Positions 1 to 9,602 of a stretch of 36,982 nt of DNA are shown here, piece by piece. The DNA comes from Armatimonadia bacterium. Lineage in GTDB: Bacteria > Armatimonadota > Zipacnadia > Zipacnadales > UBA11051. The position numbers and the translations under genes are program-made. The notes below the pieces were generated by a model, which was not told where the DNA came from, did no database searches, and worked only from the letters and a program-made list of their open reading frames with translations. The stretch covers positions 1-36,982 of the forward strand of contig JBDKRC010000176.1 in assembly GCA_039683575.1 (NCBI GenBank). The letters run 5' to 3'. Within the stretch, counting starts at the first letter, position 1. Each line of letters begins with the position of its first letter.

Positions 1-35
1 CACCCCGTTTTTTTTGTGTCTGTCCTGTACGCGGG

Positions 36-3000
36 CTACTGGAGCTTGATTGCCGCCAGCGTCCCCGTCTCTTGTGCTACGACCGCCTCATCCCCCAGCA
101 GAACCAGGCTGCCTGCCCTTGCCGCCAGCGGGTACTGCGCCGTTACCTTTCCAGCGGGGGACAGTACTGCGACACCGGCTGCGCCACAGGAGACGACAAT
201 CCGTGGCTCTTTGCCCGACTTGTCTATCGCCAGGTTCGCGCAGCCGTCCGGCAGGGCCGTGCGCCACAGTATCTTGCCCTCGCCAGAGATGGCGAACACA
301 TGCGCGCTCTCGGCCGCGCAGATGAGCTCCTGCTTGCCGTCACCATTGACATCAAGAGGCAGCAGTCGCGTGACTTTGTCGCCCAGATTCGCCTCCCATA
401 GCGGCGTCTTGTCGGCGGCGTAGGCAAAGAGCGTCCCGCCGTCTACTCCCGCGAACACCTCAGGCTTGCCATCCCCGGTAATGTCAGCAGCCGCGACAGC
501 GGTCATCTCGGGCCCAATCGAGCCCGCGTTCCACAGCCGCTTGCCGTCATGGCCGATCACGTTGAGCTGATAGTAGGTGTCGCCCGCAATGACCTCATCC
601 TTGCCATCGCCATTGAGGTCCGCGGCGGTGCCGGTGGTGGCTGAGTGGGCGTAGATCACATTGCGCCAGATCATCTTGCCCTTGGCGTCGTACGCGAAGT
701 ACTGCCAGCTCAGGCAGCCACAGATGATCTCCGGCCGCTTGTCGCCGTTGACATCGCCGGGGAAGACCGTGATGACGTCACTGTTGATGGAGCGGAACCG
801 TGGCGGGTTGGCGGTCCAGAGCAGCTTGCCGTCACCCGACAGCAGCCCCAGCGTCTCCCTGCCCTGGCCGAACATGACCTCGTCGCGCCCGTCGCCGTCC
901 ACGTCGGCACACGCGAGGCTGTACATCCGTGCGCGCTCCCTGGCAGCATACTCCCATAGCACCTTGCCACTGGCATCGAGGGCGCGGATGTTGCCGGTGT
1001 CGCTGGCGACCACGGCCTCAGGCTTGCCATCGGCGTTCAGGTCGCCCTTGGTGAGCGCCGTGATCTCAGGGAAACGGCCCTGCCGGACGCCGCGGATCTC
1101 GCATTCGGCAAGATAAACCGAGGCCTCGGGCGTCGCCGGAGTCATGGTCAGCCGCAACTGTCGGGCCTTCTGCTTCACCGGGATCTGCAGCAGCGTATTG
1201 ACGTTGCCGCCCCATGCTTCTGTGCCGGTTTCGGTGAAGCCGCCGGGCATGGTGCGGATGTCCTTCTGGAAGCCGTCGCTGCTGAGTTCCAGCTTGCGGT
1301 CCTTCACCGCCCAGCTATCGTTCATGTGCCACTCGCGCAGCACCAGATCGCTGACCTCTGTATCGTCGGTCAGGGTAACGGTGATGGTCGCGGTCTTGCC
1401 CGCAGGCCACATCACGGAGCCCGCAGAGCTGGTGTACTCGCCATCGAAGAGCTTCATGATCGGGCCGCGGTTTGCCACAGGCTCCGGGTCCGACTTGACC
1501 TCCGTCACCGGCAGGGGCAGGGGCTGAGCCTCAAAGCCACTGAGCTCCCACGCCGGGGCTGCCGCGGCTGCGCCAGCGGCCTTTGCCGCTCCCGCAGGGG
1601 CCATGGCGGGCAAGGCAGCGGCCTGCGCTACAGCCTTCACAAGCTCCTCCGGCATGGCGAACGCAGCGAACTTGAGCGCGTGCTTGCCCGGCACGAGTTT
1701 CTGGCGGACACCGCCCTGTAGCGTCAGTTCGGTCTCAACAGTCGTCACGACCGTCCCCGTGCCCTGCTGGGGTGCCAGTTCGACAGACACGGGCGCCGAG
1801 GCGCTGAAGAGAGTGCCCAGACTGGTTGCGCCAAAGGCTCGGACCGTATCGCGTGACAGAATCGCCGCCTCGCCCTTGAATGACGCGTTCCCGCCGAGCC
1901 ACACCAGATCGGCGCCGGTGGGCCGGTCGATCACGACTGCTCCCGGCTGGACCTGCCGCGCCTTGATCTCCTGCCACCCGTCGTTCTTGCCAGCGGCGAC
2001 GATGTTGACGAAGCGGTGTGACTGCCCCGCCTCCAGCCGCAGCCCCACCTGCTCGGAAAAGCGGCTGATGGGGAAAGAACCGCTCTGCTTGAGTGTCTCA
2101 AGCCGCGCCGGCTGGCCGGTCACATTCAGCACCACCAGCCGCAGCGGCGGCGCCATCGTCTGCAGCGAGCCGTCAATGATCCTCGACTCGCCCCACGGGC
2201 GCCAGCAGCATCTGAGAGTGTAGTTGTCCGGCTCCAGCGCGGTTACGTCATCCGCGACCAGGAGGTACTCGTTCGGTCGCCACAGCATCGTGCGCGACCA
2301 GTCGGTGCCGTTGTACTTCGTCAGCGTCGTGCGCGAGCAGCCCGCGCCGCCGAGCATGTCGGCCCGGTCCAGCCGCGTCACCGCCGGGGTAAGCTCCGCC
2401 TGGCCGTTGCGGATGATGACCATGCTGCTGTGGTACTTGGGCGCATTCTTGATGTACTCGCCATCCACCAGCAGCGGCATCCCGCCGCGGGCATAGCGCT
2501 CAATCGCGTTGGCGTCAAAGTGCATGTGCGTGCCGCGCCCGTAGCCATCCAGCAGCAGGTACTCATCGCCACGCTCCCATCCGGCGCGCAGTGAGAGCTT
2601 GTTGAAGGTCTGCTCATAGGGCACGTTCGGCGGGGTGGGGTACTGCGGGTTCCGGGCGCAGTCATCATAGTTGGGCCGCGGCAGCGGGCTGACGACTATC
2701 CCGATCTGATCATGCGGCTCCACCGGCTGCACCACGGGCCAGTAGCCCTGATCAAGAGGATGTGACGGGCCCTGGCTGGTCCTCTGCACGCCCCAGGCGA
2801 ACTCAGGATCCTTGTAATACCAGGCAGCAAGCTGCATGATCTCTCCGAGCAGAGAAGATGACATTTCGTCCGGGTGGTCGCCGAAAGCCACCTCGTAGCC
2901 CGCATTGTCCATCACCTGCATCGCGTCCAGTGCCGAGCGCCGCAGGTTGCCCTCCTCGAAGAACGTCATATCCCCCTGCGACAGCGAGTAGATGGCGCAA

Positions 3001-4232
3001 TGCAGGATCGGCAGCCACTGGTAGGCTGCGGCGTCTTCCATGGGCTTGCTGGTGTGCTTCAGGCCGTTGAAGATGCCGTTGGCGGTGGTGATCCAGTCAT
3101 TCGCCCACGGGCTGTTGTAGTGGCGCTTCATGTACTGCCCGGCGAAGAGGATGCCGAGGCCGGGGAAGGTGTTGTGGTTGTGGACGATACGGGTGTTACT
3201 CAGCCATTGCGCCTTCGTTTCAGGCCGGTCATAGCCCTGATACAGCACGCACTCGAGCCCAAGCCGCACCACCAGATTGGTATAGTCCACCCGCTCCTTG
3301 TCGCTGAACAGCCCGCTCTCCTCAAGCAGGTCCCACAGGATGGCCACCGTGAAGGTCCAGGCATCGCGGAAGTCATTGTCATACCGCGCCATACCGTCCT
3401 GGTTGATGACCTTGTCTGTGGTGTAGTACTCCTGCAGCGCCGCCATCAGGCCCTTGTAGATCTGTCCATAGCCGGGATCGCCCGTACGATGGTACAGAAT
3501 TCCATAGCGCACGAGCCCGTTCACCCCGGTGCGGCCCTCTCCGGGGCTGAGCATCGTCTTGCGATAGCGTGCAACGGCGTCTTTGACCTCCGCGGGAGTA
3601 CAGGGCTTGATCTCCCGGTCGAGACGGTCCTTTGGGTCGGACTTCAGATCCATGATGCGGCCCAGCGCCAGCTTGCCCTGCTGGCCCTGCGCCTTCACCA
3701 GCTTGGCCAGGGCCTCGGCCCCGCAGATCGCACCCTCAGGATAGCTGCTCCCGAGCATGATCGCATTGTGCCCGGTCCCGAAGGGATTGTGCACGCTACG
3801 CAGTTCGTAACCCGTGCGGCCCGTGAAGCCCGCGTCGGAGCAGACGAAGAAGTTGTGGTATAGCCTCGCAACATGACGGTTGTTGTCGAGATTACCGATC
3901 AGGATGGTCGGCTGCTTGAGGAAGTCTTCCGGCGCCAGTTGCTTATCGCTGACGAGGTTCAGGCTGCAGCCGGTGGTATCAGCAATCGTCTTCTGGACAC
4001 TGACAGCAACCGCGCGCCAGGCCGCCTCCTCGGGATGGCAGATGATGGCCACCGGCTTACCCTCGGCCACTACTGGCGTCTCCAGGCACAGGGGCATTAG
4101 CTGCTCCGGCTTGATCTCCATGCTCCGCAATAGCGCCTGCTGCCGGGCAAGCTCCTCTGCGCTGGCTGCCCACGCTGGGGCCACAGCGACCGCTAATACA
4201 CCAATCAGGACTATCCAGTACAACTTCCGCAT
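36..4232 (-). CDS. Secreted multidomain protein: heparinase II/III-like lyase core, discoidin/F5-8C-like domain, C-terminal FG-GAP/PQQ-like beta-propeller (1398 aa)
   Basis: Start moved to ATG 4232 (GAGGTG SD; signal peptide MRKLYWIVLIGVLAVAVAPAWA). Motifs HNHN, AFGD, HMHFDANAI and HSSMV resemble the Hepar_II_III family; repeated DxxGDGxxE motifs in the last ~330 aa. Confidence 0.75.
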   Translation of the reverse strand: MRKLYWIVLIGVLAVAVAPAWAASAEELARQQALLRSMEIKPEQLMPLCLETPVVAEGKPVAIICHPEEAAWRAVAVSVQKTIADTTGCSLNLVSDKQLAPEDFLKQPTILIGNLDNNRHVARLYHNFFVCSDAGFTGRTGYELRSVHNPFGTGHNAIMLGSSYPEGAICGAEALAKLVKAQGQQGKLALGRIMDLKSDPKDRLDREIKPCTPAEVKDAVARYRKTMLSPGEGRTGVNGLVRYGILYHRTGDPGYGQIYKGLMAALQEYYTTDKVINQDGMARYDNDFRDAWTFTVAILWDLLEESGLFSDKERVDYTNLVVRLGLECVLYQGYDRPETKAQWLSNTRIVHNHNTFPGLGILFAGQYMKRHYNSPWANDWITTANGIFNGLKHTSKPMEDAAAYQWLPILHCAIYSLSQGDMTFFEEGNLRRSALDAMQVMDNAGYEVAFGDHPDEMSSSLLGEIMQLAAWYYKDPEFAWGVQRTSQGPSHPLDQGYWPVVQPVEPHDQIGIVVSPLPRPNYDDCARNPQYPTPPNVPYEQTFNKLSLRAGWERGDEYLLLDGYGRGTHMHFDANAIERYARGGMPLLVDGEYIKNAPKYHSSMVIIRNGQAELTPAVTRLDRADMLGGAGCSRTTLTKYNGTDWSRTMLWRPNEYLLVADDVTALEPDNYTLRCCWRPWGESRIIDGSLQTMAPPLRLVVLNVTGQPARLETLKQSGSFPISRFSEQVGLRLEAGQSHRFVNIVAAGKNDGWQEIKARQVQPGAVVIDRPTGADLVWLGGNASFKGEAAILSRDTVRAFGATSLGTLFSASAPVSVELAPQQGTGTVVTTVETELTLQGGVRQKLVPGKHALKFAAFAMPEELVKAVAQAAALPAMAPAGAAKAAGAAAAAPAWELSGFEAQPLPLPVTEVKSDPEPVANRGPIMKLFDGEYTSSAGSVMWPAGKTATITVTLTDDTEVSDLVLREWHMNDSWAVKDRKLELSSDGFQKDIRTMPGGFTETGTEAWGGNVNTLLQIPVKQKARQLRLTMTPATPEASVYLAECEIRGVRQGRFPEITALTKGDLNADGKPEAVVASDTGNIRALDASGKVLWEYAARERARMYSLACADVDGDGRDEVMFGQGRETLGLLSGDGKLLWTANPPRFRSINSDVITVFPGDVNGDKRPEIICGCLSWQYFAYDAKGKMIWRNVIYAHSATTGTAADLNGDGKDEVIAGDTYYQLNVIGHDGKRLWNAGSIGPEMTAVAAADITGDGKPEVFAGVDGGTLFAYAADKTPLWEANLGDKVTRLLPLDVNGDGKQELICAAESAHVFAISGEGKILWRTALPDGCANLAIDKSGKEPRIVVSCGAAGVAVLSPAGKVTAQYPLAARAGSLVLLGDEAVVAQETGTLAAIKLQ

Positions 4233-4439
4233 AATATCACCTCGGGTGTGGTCCCCCACGGTTCGCCACCGCACGGCGCAAAGCCTGCACAGCAGGCGTG
4301 TCAGCCGCGGAAGCAGGTATTGACGCAGCACCCTGACGAAGAAACCCCAACAAGCCGCCGGAGTTCCGGCTGAAGCCGGCAGGAGACACGCTGCCGGACG
4401 CGAAATGTCCGCCACTCACGCTGCCACGGGAGGCTCACC

Positions 4440-5222
4440 ATGTCGCTCAAGGATGTCGGCTGGTGTTGGGAGGGCCAGGGGCTCGATCCCGGCGTAGACC
4501 CCTCCATTCTTGGCGTCGGCGACGGCTGCCGCTTCTTCGGCCTGACTCGCGCCAACTACATGTTCCACCCTAACACCGAGTTCGCCATGCAGCATATGAC
4601 ATGGCTGGGCGAGGTCACCTGCGATATCGCCAAATGGAAGTTCAGAGACACTGAGAGCGGCGGTTCTGAGCAGTGGGTGGACGCGGCGCCCGAAACCGTG
4701 CGTCACGAGGCCGAAATCGTCAGCCGCCTGTCGCTCAAGTACCCGAACCTCACCGGCGCGTTCCATGACGACATGCTCGGGCTGGCCCGCCGCGATAACA
4801 TGACGCCGGATCAGTATGCGAAGGTCTACGACGCCCTGAAGAGCGCTAACCCCAACCTCAAGCTATGGGTGGTCGTGTACACTCACGAGCTTGAGGCGCC
4901 GGAGTGGTCGGATTTCGCGCAGTTCATAGACATCGTCAACCTGTGGGTGTGGAATTCGTCGGAGCTGCCGCAGCAGGACGCGGGCCTCGCGCGCTGCCGC
5001 GAGGTCTTCCCCGGCAAGCCCGTAATGATGGGCGCTTACCTGCGCGACTACCCTCTCCGTGCACCGGTGCCCATGGACCGGGTCAGGATCCAGTGGGAAT
5101 CCATCCTGCGCAACGTTGAGAACGGGTCCTTGCAGGGCTATTCGATCCTGTCGGGCAATCTGATCGATGGCCACCTGGAGCAGGCGACCTGGATCAGAGA
5201 CTTCATCGCAGGTAACAGCTAA
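4440..5222 (+). CDS. Hypothetical protein, possible TIM-barrel glycoside-hydrolase-like fold (260 aa)
   Basis: GGGAGG SD before the ATG; typical codon use; strand-like motifs GAFHDD, WVVVY, DIVNLW, KPVMMGAY. Confidence 0.6.
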   Translation: MSLKDVGWCWEGQGLDPGVDPSILGVGDGCRFFGLTRANYMFHPNTEFAMQHMTWLGEVTCDIAKWKFRDTESGGSEQWVDAAPETVRHEAEIVSRLSLKYPNLTGAFHDDMLGLARRDNMTPDQYAKVYDALKSANPNLKLWVVVYTHELEAPEWSDFAQFIDIVNLWVWNSSELPQQDAGLARCREVFPGKPVMMGAYLRDYPLRAPVPMDRVRIQWESILRNVENGSLQGYSILSGNLIDGHLEQATWIRDFIAGNS

Positions 5223-5237
5223 CGTACGGAGCACAAC

Positions 5238-6539
5238 ATGGACTGGCAGGTCGGTATCTCTCGCCGCATCATAACCCCGCAAACGCAGGTCTGGCTGGCC
5301 GGCTATGGCAGTAAGCGCGCGCCGGAGGGTACGATCCATGATCTTTGGGTCAAGGTCCTGGCCATCCGTGCTGCCGACGGCAAGACTGTGGTCCTCGCCA
5401 CCACCGACCACATGGGCATGTCGAAGACGATCTACGAGAGCCTCTATGAGCAGGTGCACCAGCGGTTCGGGCTGGACCGCGCGGAGTTCATGATCACCTT
5501 CTCGCACAACCACTGCGGCCCGTGCCTCAAGGACGATCTGGTGGACTACTATCCCGCCGACGACGAGCAGCGGCGGCTGGTGGCGGAGTATTCTGACTGG
5601 ATGGAGAACGAAGTCGTGGAGGCGGTCGGGGAGGCGCTGGCCGAGCTGCAGCCCGCGGAGCTGCTCACGGGGCAGGGAAGCTGCACTTTCGCGGTCAACC
5701 GCAGGGAGAACACCGAGGCCGAGGTGGACATTGCTCTGGCCGAGGGCAAGCCGCTCAAGGGTGCGGTTGACCACTACGTTCCGGTCCTGGTCGTGCGAGG
5801 GCTTGATGGGGCGCTACGGGCAGTGTTGTTCGGCTATGCCTGCCACCCCACTACGCTGAGCTTCAACTACTGGTGCGGGGACTACCCGGGCTTTGCCCAA
5901 ATTGCCCTCGAGGAAAGCCATCCGGGCACCACAGCGATGTTCTTCAACGCTTGCGGAGCCGATCAGAACCCGATCCCGCGGCGGACGCTCAAACTGGCTG
6001 AGAAGTACGGCAAGATGCTGGCCGAGGGCGTCGAGCAGGCGCTGACGCAGTCCCTCAAGCCCGTTACAGGCGGCCTGAAGACCGCGTTCGAGTTCGTGGA
6101 CCTTGCCTACGACGAACTGGTAACGCGTGAGACACTGCAGCCTGTCGCCGACGGCGACAGCCCCCTGCATGCCAGGTGGGCCAAGCGAATGCTGGCACAG
6201 ATTGAGGCGGGGGTGGTCTTCCCGACTTCCTATCCCTATCCCGTGCAGGCGTGGCGCTTTGGGCGCGAGTTACTCTTCATTGGCATTGGCGGCGAGGCAG
6301 TGGTAGACTACTCCCTGCGCTTCAAGCACGAGTACGGCCCTGGTACCTGGGTCTGCGGCTATGCCAACGACATGGCGGCCTACATCCCCTCGCGCCGGGT
6401 GTGGGAAGAGGGTGGCTACGAGGGCGGCCCGCATCTGGACGAGTACGGCCGCCCGGCGTGGCGCTGGGCGGGAGACGTCGAAGACCGCATCGCGGACACG
6501 GTTCACCGCGTCGTCCGTCACATGACACAATCCTCGTAG
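5238..6539 (+). CDS. Neutral/alkaline ceramidase-like protein (433 aa)
   Basis: LAGY, HDLWVKVL, SHNHCGP, YACHPT, GDYPG, GADQNP, GEAV, YIPS and GGYE motifs of the family; GGAG SD. Confidence 0.85.
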   Translation: MDWQVGISRRIITPQTQVWLAGYGSKRAPEGTIHDLWVKVLAIRAADGKTVVLATTDHMGMSKTIYESLYEQVHQRFGLDRAEFMITFSHNHCGPCLKDDLVDYYPADDEQRRLVAEYSDWMENEVVEAVGEALAELQPAELLTGQGSCTFAVNRRENTEAEVDIALAEGKPLKGAVDHYVPVLVVRGLDGALRAVLFGYACHPTTLSFNYWCGDYPGFAQIALEESHPGTTAMFFNACGADQNPIPRRTLKLAEKYGKMLAEGVEQALTQSLKPVTGGLKTAFEFVDLAYDELVTRETLQPVADGDSPLHARWAKRMLAQIEAGVVFPTSYPYPVQAWRFGRELLFIGIGGEAVVDYSLRFKHEYGPGTWVCGYANDMAAYIPSRRVWEEGGYEGGPHLDEYGRPAWRWAGDVEDRIADTVHRVVRHMTQSS

Positions 6540-6678
6540 GCCGGACGTCCCGCCCGGCTCCGGCGCGACAGAACCAGTCGCACGTACCACAAACCAACTT
6601 CGTAGGCCGGGCGTCCCGCCCGGCTTCGGCGGCATCCATGCCCGCCACAATACCGCGTAGTGCGGGCGTCTCGCCCGC
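6536..6678 (+). repeat. Three tandem GTAG-hairpin REP-like elements (6536, 6602, 6657)
   Basis: gtaggccggacgtcccgcccggc; gtaggccgggcgtcccgcccggc; gtagtgcgggcgtctcgcccgc. Confidence 0.85.
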
Positions 6679-6715
6679 TCCTGCACAAAGCCAGGAAGGA
6701 ATAGCGATCAGGATC

Positions 6716-7711
6716 ATGCAGCGTATTTGCGTCATCGGGCTCGGGCCCATCGGTAACCGACACGCAGACCTCCACCGCGAGAACCCCCTCGCGGACCTCG
6801 TCGGCGTCTGCGACATCATCCACGAGCGTGCCGATGCGACCGCCGCTCGCCTCGGGGTGTCGGCCTTCTACTCGGTGGAAGAGATGCTCGCCGCCCTGCA
6901 GCCCGACATCTGCAGCGTAGCAACAGGCGGCGAGGAGTACGGTAGCGACCACTACCTCCCCACGATTCAGGCCCTTGAAGCCGGCTGCCACGTGCTGTGC
7001 GAAAAGCCCATCTCCAACTCCATCGAGCAGGCCGAGGCCATGGTCGCCAAGGCCCGCGAGAAGAACCTCTGCTTCGGCATTGACCTCAATCACCGCTTCA
7101 ACCCCGCCCACCGCCTCGCCAAGCAGTGGGTCGAGGAGGGGCGGTTGGGGCACCTGCTCTTCGTCAACATGAGCATGTGGATCATGAACCCCCGCGAAAG
7201 CTCCCCTTACTTCCAGCTCAAAGCCCTCCACCCGCACACGGTGGACATCATGCGGTACTTCTGCGGCGACGTCGAAGCGGTGCAGTGCTTCGCCACCAAG
7301 GCCCCCGGCAGAAAGATCTGGTCCACTGCGCAGTTCAACATGCGCTTTACAAACGGCGTCGTCGGCTCGCTGACGGGCAGCTATGACATCGCACGCGGCC
7401 ATCCCATGGAACGCTGCGAAGTGGCCGGAACCGGCGGGCGCTTCGTGATCGAGGACATCTTCCAGCAGGTCACGCTCTACCCGGCCGAGACGCTGCAAAA
7501 GACCGTGTACACCAACAACGCGCTCTTCGGCGGCATGAAGGACTTCGTAGACACCTTCCGCAACCGCCTCTCGCGGTTCGTCGAGCAGGTGGACGAGGGC
7601 GTCGCTCCGGAGGATATTGACGGTTCCGGCGCGGATGGTCTGGCCGCGCAAAAGGTCCTCGCGGCCGCAATCGAGTCGCTGGAGACAGAGACGGTGGTTA
7701 GGGTCAACTAA
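6716..7711 (+). CDS. Gfo/Idh/MocA family oxidoreductase (331 aa)
   Basis: Start at ATG 6716 (MQRICVIGLGPIG Rossmann motif); HVLCEKP; HTVD. The longer ORF only reads through the REP region. Confidence 0.92.
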   Translation: MQRICVIGLGPIGNRHADLHRENPLADLVGVCDIIHERADATAARLGVSAFYSVEEMLAALQPDICSVATGGEEYGSDHYLPTIQALEAGCHVLCEKPISNSIEQAEAMVAKAREKNLCFGIDLNHRFNPAHRLAKQWVEEGRLGHLLFVNMSMWIMNPRESSPYFQLKALHPHTVDIMRYFCGDVEAVQCFATKAPGRKIWSTAQFNMRFTNGVVGSLTGSYDIARGHPMERCEVAGTGGRFVIEDIFQQVTLYPAETLQKTVYTNNALFGGMKDFVDTFRNRLSRFVEQVDEGVAPEDIDGSGADGLAAQKVLAAAIESLETETVVRVN

Positions 7712-7744
7712 GGGCGAGGGGCAAAGGACCATAGAGGTGCAAGC

Positions 7745-7981
7745 ATGCGTGTTCCCGCACGCTTCCTGAAGATCAGTTCCACCGCCGATGGTGCGCCGAG
7801 CAAAGAGGGGTGGCTGGAGATAGACATCCGCGCGCTCGATCTCGACGGCGTGACGAAGCTGCACGTGGATCTGGCGGACGTCGAGAAGGTGAAGTCTCGC
7901 CGCGCCGAGGCGACCGGCAAGCTCGACGCGTGGGACACGTTGTTTGGCAAGAAGGACGAAGAACCGAAGGAGAACCAGTAG
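7745..7981 (+). CDS. Small hypothetical protein (78 aa)
   Basis: GAGGTG SD, normal codon use, co-oriented with the upstream gene and followed by a long hairpin. Confidence 0.65.
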   Translation: MRVPARFLKISSTADGAPSKEGWLEIDIRALDLDGVTKLHVDLADVEKVKSRRAEATGKLDAWDTLFGKKDEEPKENQ

Positions 7982-8012
7982 GCGCGGCAGGAAGGTCTGT
8001 CACGCCTACTGG
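7975..8012 (+). terminator. Long stem-loop overlapping the stop codon, possible terminator
   Basis: ccagtaggcg-cggcagg-aagg-tctgtca-cgcctactgg; no clear U tract. Confidence 0.45.
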
Positions 8013-8156
8013 GTTGCCGTCTTGGTAAGTCTTTGCAGCGCCGGTTCCGCTTGTCGGCATACGGGCCCCAGATCCCCATGGTTCACCCTTTCCCGCGACA
8101 AACCTGCCTCTCGCGGGTAAGGAGAATCACCCTCGTACGCCGAACTCTTTCACCCT

Positions 8157-9602
8157 ATGACAGCCTCAGCACAGCACTCAAAGCGCGTGTGGCCCACGAT
8201 AGTAGCCTTCCTCAGCGTGGCCGCCCTCGCCTGGTTCGCCTACTCGCCCATCCTCGGCGCCTGGTTTCGTCATGACGACTTCTGGTGGCTGGGCACCGCC
8301 CAGCGCTGGGCAGATGGCTCACTACCTCTCACGTATGCCCCCGCCGGCGTCGCCCCGCTCTACAGCCTGCTGTACTACCTCACCTACCACACCTGGGGTC
8401 TGAACCCAGTCCCGTACTTCGCCCTGCTGCTGGCGTGTCACGTTGTCGATTCATGTCTCGTGCTCGGCCTGATATGGCTGCTCACCCGCCGCCTGGTGGC
8501 CGCCTGGGCCGGCGGCGTGCTCTTCGCCATCCTCTTTTGCCACCACGAAGCAGTCGCCTGGCCCGCTGGCGGCCCCCATGTGTTCGCGGCCTTCGGCATC
8601 CTGCTCTCGCTCATCGGCTGGGTACTCTACCGCCAGGGCCACCGCTGGGCCTTGCCGGTATCGCTGCTGTTCGCCGTCGCCGCCACCCTCACGAAGGACA
8701 GCGGTATAGCCGTCCTGCCTCTGGCCCTGGCGCTGGAGGTAACTGTCTTCCGAGCCCTGAACAAGCGCGCTCTAATCTGGCTCGCAACTCCGCTGGTTGC
8801 GCTCGTGGCGTGGCGAGTGGCCATGCCGCCGGTGCGGGACCCGCTGGCCCTGGGCGGCGCGGATTTCCACCTCGGCCCGCACATGCTGTGGAATCTCCTG
8901 CGCTGCGTGCCGCAGATGGTGCTGCCCGACCTGCGCTTCGAGAACTACCTGAGCCTCCTCCAGCGCCTCCTGCCGCCCGCCGCTGTAGGCATCACCGTCG
9001 GCGCGGGACAGATCGGCCTGCTGGCGCTCTCTGCGCTGGCCCTGTGGGCCCTTTGGCGAGGCAATGACCGTGTGCGCCTCGCCGTCCTATGGTGCTACGC
9101 CGGATTCCTGCCCTTCACCCCCTTCACGTACACCTATGCCCGCGCCCCGCGCTACCTGTATATCCCCTCGATCGGCCTCGCGCTACTGGCGAGCCTAGCG
9201 GCAGTGTGGCTGGCGGACGCCATGAAGCAGCGCCTTCGGGCGCGCCATGTCGTACTGCTGGCGCTGGCGCTGCTGTATCTGGTTGGCTCCTTCGGCTTCG
9301 CGCGCTACATGTGCCGCAATCGCCTGCGCGACAGCGAACTGCGCATGAATGTCGTGACACAGATCATGCAGCACGTCGCCATACCAGAGCCAGGCGCAAC
9401 CTTCATCGTGCGCGGCCTGCCGCAGCATCTGCAGGATGCCACGCTGGCGCTGCCGGTCGTCTACAACAAGCCGATACGGGTGGAACTAGAGGGGAAAGGG
9501 GACACACCGGGGGCCTATGTGGCCGTGTTTGACGCGCAGGCGCACCTGCTCAGCTTCCGTCAGGTGCCGCGTCGAGGGGCTTTCGGGCGTAGACCGCAAT
9601 GA
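8157..9602 (+). CDS. Polytopic membrane protein, GT-C (ArnT/PMT-like) glycosyltransferase type (481 aa)
   Basis: TM1 followed by HDD; HHEAVAW, TKD and PRYLYIP motifs; about 10-12 hydrophobic segments. Confidence 0.7.
   Translation: MTASAQHSKRVWPTIVAFLSVAALAWFAYSPILGAWFRHDDFWWLGTAQRWADGSLPLTYAPAGVAPLYSLLYYLTYHTWGLNPVPYFALLLACHVVDSCLVLGLIWLLTRRLVAAWAGGVLFAILFCHHEAVAWPAGGPHVFAAFGILLSLIGWVLYRQGHRWALPVSLLFAVAATLTKDSGIAVLPLALALEVTVFRALNKRALIWLATPLVALVAWRVAMPPVRDPLALGGADFHLGPHMLWNLLRCVPQMVLPDLRFENYLSLLQRLLPPAAVGITVGAGQIGLLALSALALWALWRGNDRVRLAVLWCYAGFLPFTPFTYTYARAPRYLYIPSIGLALLASLAAVWLADAMKQRLRARHVVLLALALLYLVGSFGFARYMCRNRLRDSELRMNVVTQIMQHVAIPEPGATFIVRGLPQHLQDATLALPVVYNKPIRVELEGKGDTPGAYVAVFDAQAHLLSFRQVPRRGAFGRRPQ

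Noticed and set aside
1-15. T-run at the window start as a terminator
   Set aside because: Probably the tail of a + strand terminator, but its stem lies outside the window and cannot be verified.
6251-6715. Long N-terminal ORF extensions (also 4233-4415, 28126-28209, 33302-33445)
   Set aside because: They run through REPs, intergenic DNA or neighbouring genes; SD sites and domain starts support the downstream ATGs.
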